A stretch of 41,117 nt of DNA from contig JBILXL010000001.1 of assembly GCA_044378505.1 (NCBI GenBank), positions 1 to 41,117 on the forward strand, read 5' to 3'. Positions 28,437-36,840 of the stretch are shown here, in pieces; within the stretch, counting starts at the first letter, position 1; the number at the start of each line of letters is the position of its first letter. The stretch is from Rhodoluna sp. (lineage in GTDB: Bacteria > Actinomycetota > Actinomycetes > Actinomycetales > Microbacteriaceae). The notes under the pieces were generated by a model. It searched no databases. It saw nothing but the letters and a program-made list of their open reading frames with translations, and had not been told where the DNA came from. The translations under genes and the position numbers were made by a program.

Positions 28437-28910
28437 CTACCATTCCTTGCCCTTGGTAGACACGGCCCTAGCCGCCTCGCGCTTATCCTGTTGCTCTTTC
28501 AGGGCATGCCTCTTGTCGTAATCCTTCTTACCCTTGGCCAGAGCTATTTCAACCTTTGCTTTGCCATCTTTGAAGTAAATCGAGATTGGAACGAGCGTAA
28601 ATCCAGACTCTTTGATTTTTCCAGTCAACTTATCAATCTCAACTCGGTTCAAAAGAAGTTTTCTGCGACGTCTGGTTGAGTGATTGGTCCAGTTGCCCTG
28701 AGAGTACTCGGGGATGTGAACATTCTCGAGCCATGCTTCGCCCCGCTCGACGGTGGCATATCCATCCACCAGGGATGCGCGACCGGCCCGCAACGACTTC
28801 ACTTCTGTTCCGGTTAGAACAATGCCTGCTTCGTAGACACCTTCGATGTGATAGTCGTGACGGGCTTTACGATTGGTGGCCACAACCTGCTGGCCACGCT
28901 CTCTCGGCAC
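28437..28910 (-). CDS. smpB: SsrA-binding protein
   Basis: [21 protein letters not shown] and GKKDYDKR. Confidence 0.98.
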   Translation of the reverse strand: MPRERGQQVVATNRKARHDYHIEGVYEAGIVLTGTEVKSLRAGRASLVDGYATVERGEAWLENVHIPEYSQGNWTNHSTRRRRKLLLNRVEIDKLTGKIKESGFTLVPISIYFKDGKAKVEIALAKGKKDYDKRHALKEQQDKREAARAVSTKGKEW

Positions 28911-28919
28911 GATCGACTC

Positions 28920-29834
28920 CTAGATTTTTAAGTAGCGACGGATCGCAAGACCCGAAGCCACCGCAGCCAACACAACGCCGGCTGCGATTAATAGCGGAAC
29001 TACAAGCATGCCATCGCTGATACTCACAAAGCTAGTAAAAGGAAGTCTTTCAGCCAGGAACCCCTGAACAAAGAACGCAACTAGGCCCAAAACTGCTCCA
29101 GCCGCCAACAGGCTTCCTATTAGTGCGGCAACCACACCCTCGAGAATAAATGGCAACTGAATCGAGAAATTGCTTGCCCCCACCAGTCGCATGATTCCCA
29201 GCTCTCTCCTTCTAGAAAAAGCCGATAGGCGAATAGTCGTTGAGATCAAAAGAACACTAGAAACAAGCATCAGCGATGCAATAGAAATCGCTGCTAAGGA
29301 AGCTATGTTCAGGATGTTGAAAATCTGATCAAGGTAGCTGCGCTGATCCCTAACTTCTTCTACTCCAGCCAGGCCGGTGAAACTTTCAGTGATGATCTGT
29401 GACTGATTCGGGTCAAATAGATTCACCCAATAGGTCTCGTTCAATTGCTCAGCCCGAACGTACTGGGCTACTGCGTTTCCAGAAAACTGCTCTTGAAAAT
29501 TGGCGTAAGCCTGATCGTGATCTTCGAAGTAATATTCTTCAATAAACGGCGTCAGCGTCGTTGAATCAAGTCTTTCCTGAACTTCCGTCTTGACATCGTC
29601 AGAGGCTTCTCCTCTTGGGCAAGTTGCCTCCGGAGAAACATCAGTGCAGAGATAAATAGCAACCTGAGCTTTGTCGTACCAGTAGTTTTTCATCTGGCCA
29701 ATTTGGAGCTGCAGCAGTGAAGCGGTTCCGACAAATGTCAGAGAAATAAAAGTCACCAGAATAATGCTGATGACCATGGCGATGTTTTTGCGAAGGCCTT
29801 GACTTACCTCAGAGAACATAAATCCAAAACGCAT
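28920..29834 (-). CDS. ftsX: Cell division permease-like protein FtsX
   Basis: TTIRLSAFSRRRELGIMRLVGAS and PFILEG, located between ftsE and smpB. Confidence 0.96.
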   Translation of the reverse strand: MRFGFMFSEVSQGLRKNIAMVISIILVTFISLTFVGTASLLQLQIGQMKNYWYDKAQVAIYLCTDVSPEATCPRGEASDDVKTEVQERLDSTTLTPFIEEYYFEDHDQAYANFQEQFSGNAVAQYVRAEQLNETYWVNLFDPNQSQIITESFTGLAGVEEVRDQRSYLDQIFNILNIASLAAISIASLMLVSSVLLISTTIRLSAFSRRRELGIMRLVGASNFSIQLPFILEGVVAALIGSLLAAGAVLGLVAFFVQGFLAERLPFTSFVSISDGMLVVPLLIAAGVVLAAVASGLAIRRYLKI

Positions 29835-29836
29835 AA

Positions 29837-30526
29837 CTAAGCCCGCACTCCGTAGCCGCCGCTTGTCTGATCGCGAATGATTTGACCTTGACTTAGCTCA
29901 ACAACGCGACGTTGCATCTTGTCCACAATCGATCGATCGTGAGTTGCCATCACGACGGTTGTCCCGGCCAAATTGATTGAGTTAATCAATGCCATGATTT
30001 CCTCGCTTGTGGTCGGGTCCAAGTTTCCAGTTGGCTCATCCGCTAGCAAGATTGCAGGTTTGTTCACAATCGCTCTTGCCAGAGCAACACGCTGCTGCTC
30101 ACCACCGGAAAGTTCACTAGGAAGCCGGTCTGCTTTCTCGGCTAATCCAACCAATCTCAAAACATCTGGAACAGCTTCTTGGATAAAGCCTTGGGATTTT
30201 CCAATTACCTCAAGGCTGAAGGCAACATTCTGAGCAACGGTTTTGTTTGGAAGAAGTCTAAAGTCCTGAAATACCACTCCAAGCTTGCGGCGAAAGAAAG
30301 GAACCCGTCTTGCAGGAAGACCAACGAGGTTTTCTCCAAGAACATGTACTGATCCGGAGTTTGGAATATCTTCTCGGAGCATCAGCCTCATGAGGCTGGA
30401 TTTACCGGAGCCGGAGGCTCCAACTAGAAATACGAAGTCGCCTTTTTCGATTTCCAGGCTGACCTGGTCAAGCGCGGGTCTGGGAGTGCCCTTGTATTTT
30501 TTGGTGACATTTTGAACGCTAATCAT
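29837..30526 (-). CDS. ftsE: Cell division ATP-binding protein FtsE
   Basis: GASGSGKS, VFQDFRLL, LSGGEQQR and DEPTGNLDP. Confidence 0.96.
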   Translation of the reverse strand: MISVQNVTKKYKGTPRPALDQVSLEIEKGDFVFLVGASGSGKSSLMRLMLREDIPNSGSVHVLGENLVGLPARRVPFFRRKLGVVFQDFRLLPNKTVAQNVAFSLEVIGKSQGFIQEAVPDVLRLVGLAEKADRLPSELSGGEQQRVALARAIVNKPAILLADEPTGNLDPTTSEEIMALINSINLAGTTVVMATHDRSIVDKMQRRVVELSQGQIIRDQTSGGYGVRA

Positions 30527-30538
30527 TGTGTCTCCAGC

Positions 30539-31645
30539 CTAAGCGGGAGAGCGCATTCTCCAACGGATTCCCGCGGCTATAAATCCGTCGAGTCCTCCAT
30601 CAAATACCGACTGTGGGTTGTTCTCTTCGTATTCAGTTCTTAGATCTTTCACCATTTGATAAGGAGCTAGAACGTAGCTTCGCATCTGCTCTCCCCAGGA
30701 TGCTTTGACATCTCCAGCTAGTTGCTTTTTGGTAGCTTCTTCTTCACGCCTGCGCACTTCCAAAAGACGTGATTGCAGAACTCTCATCGCAGCCTGCTTG
30801 TTCTGAATCTGGCTCTTTTCATTCTGGCAACTAACTACAGTTCCAGTAGGCAAGTGAGTAATACGCACAGCGGAGTCGGTCGTGTTTACCGACTGGCCCC
30901 CAGGTCCGGATGAGCGAAAGACATCCACTCGAATGTCCGCATCTGGAATCTCGATTGCTTCGGTCTGCTCAACCAATGGGACAATCTCAACCGCTGCGAA
31001 AGAAGTTTGGCGCTTTCCAGCCGCATTGAATGGACTCATTCGAACTAGGCGATGAGTTCCTGCTTCGACCGATAGCGAGCCATAGGCATAAGGGGCATCA
31101 ATCTCAAAGGTCGCGGATTTGATTCCTGCACCCTCAGCATGAGAGATATCCAGAACTTGCACCGGATACTTTTTTTGTTCGCAGTAGCGGATGTACATCC
31201 GCATAAGCATTTCAGCAAAATCGGTTGCGTCATCTCCTCCGGCACCGCTTCGAATCGTCACTACAGCTGAGCGAGAGTCGTATTCCCCACTTAGCAGGGT
31301 CTGAATCTCCAGTTCTCCAACTAGCTTTTGAAGATCAGATAATTCTTTTTTTGCTTCGGTCTTGGTCGCAGTATCAGAGGCATCGTTAGCCATCTCAATC
31401 AAGACCTCTAGGTCGTTGACTCGTGCCTCAACCGAAACAATCATGTCTAGTTTGTCCTGCGATCTGGACAGCGAAGATGTGATCTTTGAGGCGCGATCTG
31501 GGTCATCCCAGAGGTCGCCAGCTGAAGCCTGCTCTCGCAGCGAGTTCACTTCCAACTGCAATGCAACGGGGTTTATGACTTCTTTAATGGTTGCAAACAG
31601 TTGCCGAAGCGTCTTTATTTCAGTTGCTAGATCTAGTTCCGACAT
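30539..31645 (-). CDS. prfB: Peptide chain release factor 2 (no programmed frameshift)
   Basis: SPF anticodon-mimic motif and GGQ within one uninterrupted ORF. Confidence 0.98.
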   Translation of the reverse strand: MSELDLATEIKTLRQLFATIKEVINPVALQLEVNSLREQASAGDLWDDPDRASKITSSLSRSQDKLDMIVSVEARVNDLEVLIEMANDASDTATKTEAKKELSDLQKLVGELEIQTLLSGEYDSRSAVVTIRSGAGGDDATDFAEMLMRMYIRYCEQKKYPVQVLDISHAEGAGIKSATFEIDAPYAYGSLSVEAGTHRLVRMSPFNAAGKRQTSFAAVEIVPLVEQTEAIEIPDADIRVDVFRSSGPGGQSVNTTDSAVRITHLPTGTVVSCQNEKSQIQNKQAAMRVLQSRLLEVRRREEEATKKQLAGDVKASWGEQMRSYVLAPYQMVKDLRTEYEENNPQSVFDGGLDGFIAAGIRWRMRSPA

Positions 31646-31681
31646 GATTTCACAAGTCTAAGTCAGGAGCATAATTGTCAG

Positions 31682-32893
31682 GTGCCCGCAAACACCAAGG
31701 ACTTCAAGATATCGAGCTTGAACTTTCCAGTATTCACCCCTTCACTGTTGTTTGGCATTGCCGAAGGTAGCCTGCTACCAATCATTCCTGCCAGTGCTCA
31801 GGCGCTTGGAGCGAGCCTTCCAACCGCAGGAATCATCACTGGACTAGTCATGGTTGGCACACTGGTAGCGGATATTCCCGCAGCCAAACTAATCAACGCA
31901 ATCGGGGAGCGCAAGGCAATGCTCTCCGCCGCTGCAGTTGGAAGCGTTGGTGTATTTGTCTCTTTGCTGTCAACGAGTCTGTGGATGCTGGGTTTAGGAA
32001 TGTTCTTACTCGGCGCCAGCGTTTCTGTGTTTGCCCTAGCTAGACATTCATTTCTCACAGAAGCCGTCCCTTATTCGCATCGAGCACGATCACTTTCGAT
32101 TCTTGGAGGAGTGTTTCGGGCAGGGCACTTTTTTGGGCCCATGATTGGCGCACTTCTTATTACTCTTTTTGATGTAAGGGCGGTGTATTGGAATGCCGTT
32201 ATCTTTTGTGCCCTGGCTGCCCTTGTGCTAGTTTTCGTGAAGCCAGATCTAATGCCAAACACTCCCGGAACTAAACCAGGGGCAACCTGGATGGTTGCAA
32301 AAAGAGAATCCAAAAAGTTAGCGACATTGGGTGTTGTGTCTGCGATTATGGGCGGTCTTAGAACTGCACGGATTGTGGGGCTTCCGCTTTGGGCCTTGCA
32401 TATTGGATTATCGCCAGCAGCTACCGCGCTCTACATGGGTATTGCAGGAGCACTAGACCTTGCGCTGTCATACACCTCGGGACAAATCATGGATCGTTTT
32501 GGAAGGAGATGGTCAGCTCTTCCAACTTTGCTTGGACTTTCATTTACCTTCTCACTACTAACGTTTGCAACAGACGCGACGACCTTCCTGGCGGTTGCTC
32601 TAGTTATGTCACTTGCCAATGGTGTTGGAAGTGGAATCATTTTGGTCATCGGATCTGATCTAGCGCCAAAGGGTGAAAGAAATGAATTCCTTGCCTCATA
32701 TCGTCTTCTAGTTGATGCTGGAGTTGCCGCAACACCACTTGTGATTTCACTAGTGACAGCAGTGTTTGGATTGGCGACTGCGATGTTCACACTTACTGGA
32801 GCCGGGATAGTTGGGGCCGCCATGGCCCACCGCTATCTTCCGCGCCGGGCCAAAGCTTCAGAGCAGACTCTGCCAATTTCAGAAAACATGTAG
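31682..32893 (+). CDS. MFS transporter
   Basis: About 12 TM segments with motif A in both halves (AKLINAIGERK, GQIMDRFGRR). Confidence 0.92.
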   Translation: MPANTKDFKISSLNFPVFTPSLLFGIAEGSLLPIIPASAQALGASLPTAGIITGLVMVGTLVADIPAAKLINAIGERKAMLSAAAVGSVGVFVSLLSTSLWMLGLGMFLLGASVSVFALARHSFLTEAVPYSHRARSLSILGGVFRAGHFFGPMIGALLITLFDVRAVYWNAVIFCALAALVLVFVKPDLMPNTPGTKPGATWMVAKRESKKLATLGVVSAIMGGLRTARIVGLPLWALHIGLSPAATALYMGIAGALDLALSYTSGQIMDRFGRRWSALPTLLGLSFTFSLLTFATDATTFLAVALVMSLANGVGSGIILVIGSDLAPKGERNEFLASYRLLVDAGVAATPLVISLVTAVFGLATAMFTLTGAGIVGAAMAHRYLPRRAKASEQTLPISENM

Positions 32894-33240
32894 TTTTCAA
32901 ATATCGGTCTTGAACTGCTGCATAACCTAACTCGAACGCTCCGTTGGTCTATAGAACTGACTTCCACTAGCTCAACTTGGAATAGACCTCGAAGCGGTTG
33001 TGATCCAAGCCACCTTGAAGCTATCGGGGCAAGCGGTTGCGCGAGATTTCCCTTGGCATCAATCAGTACCGCAAGGGCTGTTGACTCGGCAGCTGTTGTT
33101 AGCCTTCGCTCCGTTAGGTAAAGACTTGCCGCGGCGAGGATTCCTAGAACCAGTGTTAGCGAAAGCATAGCTAACCCAATTCCTAACGGTGCGAGTGATC
33201 CACGTTCGCTGGAATCAAAATCGCGAACTCGCGTAGGCAA
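32833..33240 (-). CDS. Tad minor pilin (TadG/TadE-like)
   Basis: Class III-like signal SERG|SLAPL, a hydrophobic helix and RRLTTAAESTALA. Last gene of the tad cluster. Confidence 0.75.
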   Translation of the reverse strand: MPTRVRDFDSSERGSLAPLGIGLAMLSLTLVLGILAAASLYLTERRLTTAAESTALAVLIDAKGNLAQPLAPIASRWLGSQPLRGLFQVELVEVSSIDQRSVRVRLCSSSRPIFENYMFSEIGRVCSEALARRGR

Positions 33241-33577
33241 CTAACTGCCCATACCTAACCTCGATTTGAGCTGTGGTGTTTGGTTCCAAACAATTGGGAT
33301 TTGGAGTGCATGAGATATTCCAACTGACTTGATCGGCTAAGAGACCAAAATCTTTTGCGATAGTGGCAACAACTTCTTGAGTGCTCTGGTTTACGGGCCA
33401 TAGAGAGTGAGCTCGCAATGCGTGCCTTGCAATTGACTCCACAGCAAAGCTTTGCTGCTGAAGTGAAACAGCAAACGTTGCGAACATCAAAATTGGTATC
33501 TGCAGTAAGACACCGAAGCCAATCAGATCTACCATTGCCGAGCCCTGCTCGGATGCAGGACTAGTACTCGTTTTCAC
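33215..33577 (-). CDS. Tad minor pilin (TadE-like)
   Basis: SEQG|SAMVD, a hydrophobic helix, ARHALR and a Cys pair. Confidence 0.75.
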   Translation of the reverse strand: MKTSTSPASEQGSAMVDLIGFGVLLQIPILMFATFAVSLQQQSFAVESIARHALRAHSLWPVNQSTQEVVATIAKDFGLLADQVSWNISCTPNPNCLEPNTTAQIEVRYGQLVAYASSRF

Positions 33578-33938
33578 GAGTTGCCACCGAAGATGCGCTC
33601 AGAAAGTTGTGACCGGGAATTAGATTGATGCCTAGCGTTGAGACAAGTCTCACTGACTCAACGCTTCCGAACCTTGAAACGCTTCCTGCAACATCTACGC
33701 GCATGCCAGGTCCTAGAGCAGAAGCTACTAATTGCTTGGTCTTTGCGATTCCAGAAGCTATTTCCTGATCTGCTAGCGCGGCAAACCTTGCACCTTCAAT
33801 GGTTGAGTCAAGTAACACCAGTCGCGCGTATGAGCCAAGGGTGATGGAAATAGTTGCCACAAAAATTGCCAACATAGGAAATGCCACTAAGACAAAGTCA
33901 GTAACTGCAGAACCTTCCTGCCTAGAAGCTGACCACAC
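33561..33938 (-). CDS. TadE-like pilin
   Basis: RQEG|SAVTDF, a hydrophobic helix and EGARFAA. Confidence 0.85.
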   Translation of the reverse strand: MWSASRQEGSAVTDFVLVAFPMLAIFVATISITLGSYARLVLLDSTIEGARFAALADQEIASGIAKTKQLVASALGPGMRVDVAGSVSRFGSVESVRLVSTLGINLIPGHNFLSASSVATRENEY

Positions 33939-34080
33939 GGTTCATCGCCTGTTGAAACACTCCCTGCAGGGCAGGACCCGCAAAGGACCACATCACCACT
34001 ACTAACCCTGCTGTCATCAAGGTAATCAGTACCCACCCGGGTACATCACCGGTCTCATCATGAAACAATTTGTTTTTCAT
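33922..34080 (-). CDS. Flp-like major pilin, 52 aa (not in the ORF track)
   Basis: Read manually as MKNKLFHDETGDVPGWVLITLMTAGLVVVMWSFAGPALQGVFQQAMNRVVSF*. Strong SD AAGGAG; lies between tadC and tadE. Confidence 0.85.
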   Translation of the reverse strand: MKNKLFHDETGDVPGWVLITLMTAGLVVVMWSFAGPALQGVFQQAMNRVVSF

Positions 34081-34094
34081 TTTTCTCCTTTTTC

Positions 34095-34742
34095 TTAGAT
34101 GAATCCAAAGTTCAGTAGCTCAAGGCTTGGGTAGATGGCAAACAAAACAGTCACCGGCAAGATCAAGAAAACTAGCGGAATCAGCATGCGCGTTTCATTC
34201 CTACCCGCCTGCCTCAACAATCGACTCTTTATTTCCTCCCTAACGCTGAGTGCTTGCTCGGAAAGCATTTGAGCCAGAGGCGTGCCTCGCTCGAGAGAGG
34301 TCGAGACCTTCGCAACAAACTCCGCTACCTGCGGGTGAGGTAATACTTCCGCCACACGCCTGATTTCTGTACCAAAGGCTGCGCCATATTCAACCGCCTT
34401 TATGGCTTTGGAAAACTCCCGAGCAATCTCACCGTCGCACCTTGGAATCACAGTGGCAAAACTCCGATAGACCCCATCGCCAGCCCGAAGGCTAACTGTT
34501 ATGAGATCCATTAGTTCTGGAAGCTCAAACAGCGCGCGCTCTAACTTCGCTGATTTATCAGATCGAAATTGGGTGATCAGCAACTTACCCGTCCCAAGCA
34601 CCTTTCTAGGCCTAGGTGGCACAGGGGTAATCGCCGCGTTCACGCGAACGGCCAACACTGTGTTTGAACTTTGCATCGCCAAGGTGAAAAAACTTGCAAC
34701 ACCGAAGCCAAAACTAACGGCGAGCAAAAACTCGATATTCAA
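34095..34742 (-). CDS. tadC: TadC-like (T2SS F family) membrane platform protein
   Basis: ELPELMDL...RAG, SLERGTPLA and AGRNETRMLIPLVFLILP. Confidence 0.88.
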   Translation of the reverse strand: MNIEFLLAVSFGFGVASFFTLAMQSSNTVLAVRVNAAITPVPPRPRKVLGTGKLLITQFRSDKSAKLERALFELPELMDLITVSLRAGDGVYRSFATVIPRCDGEIAREFSKAIKAVEYGAAFGTEIRRVAEVLPHPQVAEFVAKVSTSLERGTPLAQMLSEQALSVREEIKSRLLRQAGRNETRMLIPLVFLILPVTVLFAIYPSLELLNFGFI

Positions 34743-35500
34743 TTTGTAAGCACCCGGCTTGGTTTGGAAAGTGTGCCCATTAGGCTAACAAGTCGATAGG
34801 CCACTAAAGAAACCAAGAGGCCTGCAACCAGAACTCCGGTTCCCTCAACGGTGTTATAGATTGCAACGTTTTCCGATCTAGCCGCAAGGGTTGCAACGAT
34901 TATCCAAGGCGCAACAATTGCAAGTTTGGCGGTTCCTGTCACCCAGCCCTGCTTGGATTCAAGTTCTGCCCAAAGTGCAATCTCAGATCTTGTTCTCAAG
35001 GCCTGCTCACGCAGTGAATCTAGATACCCGACTCCCCCAGAGCGATGCACAATTCGAATCAGTTCAACTAATCGATCTGCCTGCAGCTGCCCAAACTGCG
35101 ACTTAAACCAATCCAACGACTTATCTAACCCCGCGCCGGAATCTACCCGGTCAACCAGTTCCTGGAAAACTGTCTGAATTCTTGAAGGCCCACTTCTTGC
35201 CACTTGCTCCAGTGAATCGACGATTCCAAAACCACTGCTGGCTGCGGAGTGAAGTGAATCCAAAACTTCTGGCCATAGCCGCGCCAGCTGGTCACTTCTT
35301 TGTTTGGATCTAAACCTAAGGGCTTCGATGCTCAGCCCAAAGGTTGCAAGGCAGCTAAATATTGTTAGTCCGAGCACCTCAAAGCTCAACTGAACCCAGC
35401 TGGCTAGCAGAATCGAGGCTGCAAACACGAAAAATAAAAACTGAATCGGAGAGTACCTCGACCACCCAGCAGCTTCCAGCGCCATACGCAGTGGTTTCAT
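34739..35500 (-). CDS. tadB: TadB-like (T2SS F family) membrane platform protein
   Basis: LWPEVLDSLHSA and ELESKQGWVTGTAKLAIVAPW. ATGA-coupled to tadA. Confidence 0.88.
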   Translation of the reverse strand: MKPLRMALEAAGWSRYSPIQFLFFVFAASILLASWVQLSFEVLGLTIFSCLATFGLSIEALRFRSKQRSDQLARLWPEVLDSLHSAASSGFGIVDSLEQVARSGPSRIQTVFQELVDRVDSGAGLDKSLDWFKSQFGQLQADRLVELIRIVHRSGGVGYLDSLREQALRTRSEIALWAELESKQGWVTGTAKLAIVAPWIIVATLAARSENVAIYNTVEGTGVLVAGLLVSLVAYRLVSLMGTLSKPSRVLTN

Positions 35501-36597
35501 GCTGTGACCGACTCAACATCAATAGCTAATGTCTCGTTATTGAAGCTAACGGTAGCGATCTCTTCGACAACTCTTTTGCCAGTGGGCAGCATCCGGCAGT
35601 GAACCACTAGGTCGATACAGGAACCGACCGTTGGATTCACAAACTCACTAGTTATGTTTGCTCCTGCCAAAAGCGGCAAAGTACACAGTTTGGAAATAGC
35701 GTCCTGAGCTGAGTTTGAATGAATTGTGCACAATCCAGGCAACCCTGAATTCAGAGCGATCAATAGATCGAAGCTTTCTGCTTGTCGGACCTCTCCAACC
35801 ACTATCCGACCTGGACGCATTCGAAGAGCCTCTTTGACAAGTCTTCGAAGCGAGATCTCGCCAACGCCCTCGAGGTTGGGTTGCCTGGTCTGCATCGCAA
35901 CCCAATCCAGACCTTGATATCTAATCTCGAAAGTTTCCTCAACAGAGACAACTCTTTCCGAATCTCTTACCTCGTTCAGCAATGCACACAAAAGTGTTGT
36001 CTTGCCAGCTTGAGTGGCCCCAGAAACCAGAATGTTCTTTCCAAGCTTTACTTGCTCACTCAGGAATTGCGCTTGAGAAGCACTCAATGATTCAAGCTCA
36101 ACAAGTCTTTTGAGTGAATAGACCTGGTTTGGAAACTTGCGAATGTTTACGCTCCAGGTGTTTCGGGTTATATCTGGAATGACAACGTGCAATCTGGATC
36201 CATCCTCTAGTGAGGCGTCTACGAAAGGGGAAGATCGATCTAGGCGTCGGCCGGTGTTTCGAAGCATCTTTTCGATTAAGGTCTGAAGTAGTTCCTGCTC
36301 AATGCCCCTTTCAAGGACAGAGCTAACTCCCGCTCTTGCAACAAATACTTCAGAGGTGCTGTTGATCCATATCTCTTCTATATCTGGGTCATCCAGTAGC
36401 GGTTGTAGTGGTCCATAGGCCGATAGCTGTTGAGCTAGCTCTGTTCTGAGCCTTGGCTCCTGTGCTGCCAAAACGCCGTTTGGCTCAGCCTCAACCGCTT
36501 CGTCTAAGACATCGTTTAGGGCACGGGAAACTTCCACTCCCCCCGATACGATTCTTCGGCGGGCAAGCGTTGCAAGGGAAGAGACCAGTTCCGGCAA
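35497..36597 (-). CDS. tadA: TadA/CpaF pilus assembly ATPase
   Basis: YGPLQPLLDD, GATQAGKTT, LRMRPGRIVVGEVR and TIHSNS. SD AAGGAGG precedes the TTG start. Confidence 0.95.
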   Translation of the reverse strand: MPELVSSLATLARRRIVSGGVEVSRALNDVLDEAVEAEPNGVLAAQEPRLRTELAQQLSAYGPLQPLLDDPDIEEIWINSTSEVFVARAGVSSVLERGIEQELLQTLIEKMLRNTGRRLDRSSPFVDASLEDGSRLHVVIPDITRNTWSVNIRKFPNQVYSLKRLVELESLSASQAQFLSEQVKLGKNILVSGATQAGKTTLLCALLNEVRDSERVVSVEETFEIRYQGLDWVAMQTRQPNLEGVGEISLRRLVKEALRMRPGRIVVGEVRQAESFDLLIALNSGLPGLCTIHSNSAQDAISKLCTLPLLAGANITSEFVNPTVGSCIDLVVHCRMLPTGKRVVEEIATVSFNNETLAIDVESVTA

Positions 36598-36661
36598 GCT
36601 ACCTCCTTGATATTTCTAGCGGAAGGCAAGTTTGCCAATTGGCGAATTTTGGCGGGAGGAT

Positions 36662-36670
36662 TTATCCACA
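36662..36670 (+). promoter_or_regulatory. Perfect DnaA box in the tadA / tRNA-Leu divergent spacer
   Basis: Exact match to TTATCCACA. Single copy, function unproven. Confidence 0.45.
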
Positions 36671-36699
36671 GCGGGAAATGGTTAGACTATTCGAGGAAC

Positions 36700-36786
36700 G
36701 CGGGAGTGGCGAAATTGGCAGACGCACTGGATTTAGGTTCCAGCGTTCGAAAGGACGTGTGGGTTCAAGTCCCACCTTCCGCACCA
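36700..36786 (+). tRNA. tRNA-Leu (anticodon TAG)
   Basis: Acceptor GCGGGAG/CTTCCGC-ACCA, anticodon arm CTGGA-ttTAGgt-TCCAG, long variable arm and GGTTCAAGTCC T-loop. Confidence 0.97.
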
Positions 36787-36792
36787 AAAACA

Positions 36793-36820
36793 GAAAGACC
36801 CGCTGCTTGCGGGTCTTTTC
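36793..36820. terminator. Probably bidirectional terminator between tRNA-Leu and the S8 protease
   Basis: AAAGACCCGC-tgctt-GCGGGTCTTT with A/T runs on both sides. Confidence 0.85.
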
Positions 36821-36840
36821 ATTTAACTGAAGTTTTCGGT

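Noticed and set aside
29919-29927. TTGTCCACA DnaA-like box in ftsE (and ATATCCACA in smc near 1649)
   Set aside because: These are isolated, inside coding sequence and expected by chance. There is no cluster or AT-rich unwinding element, so no oriC here.
30539-31645. Programmed +1 frameshift in prfB
   Set aside because: The ORF is continuous from ATG through GGQ to the stop, which is the normal actinobacterial state.
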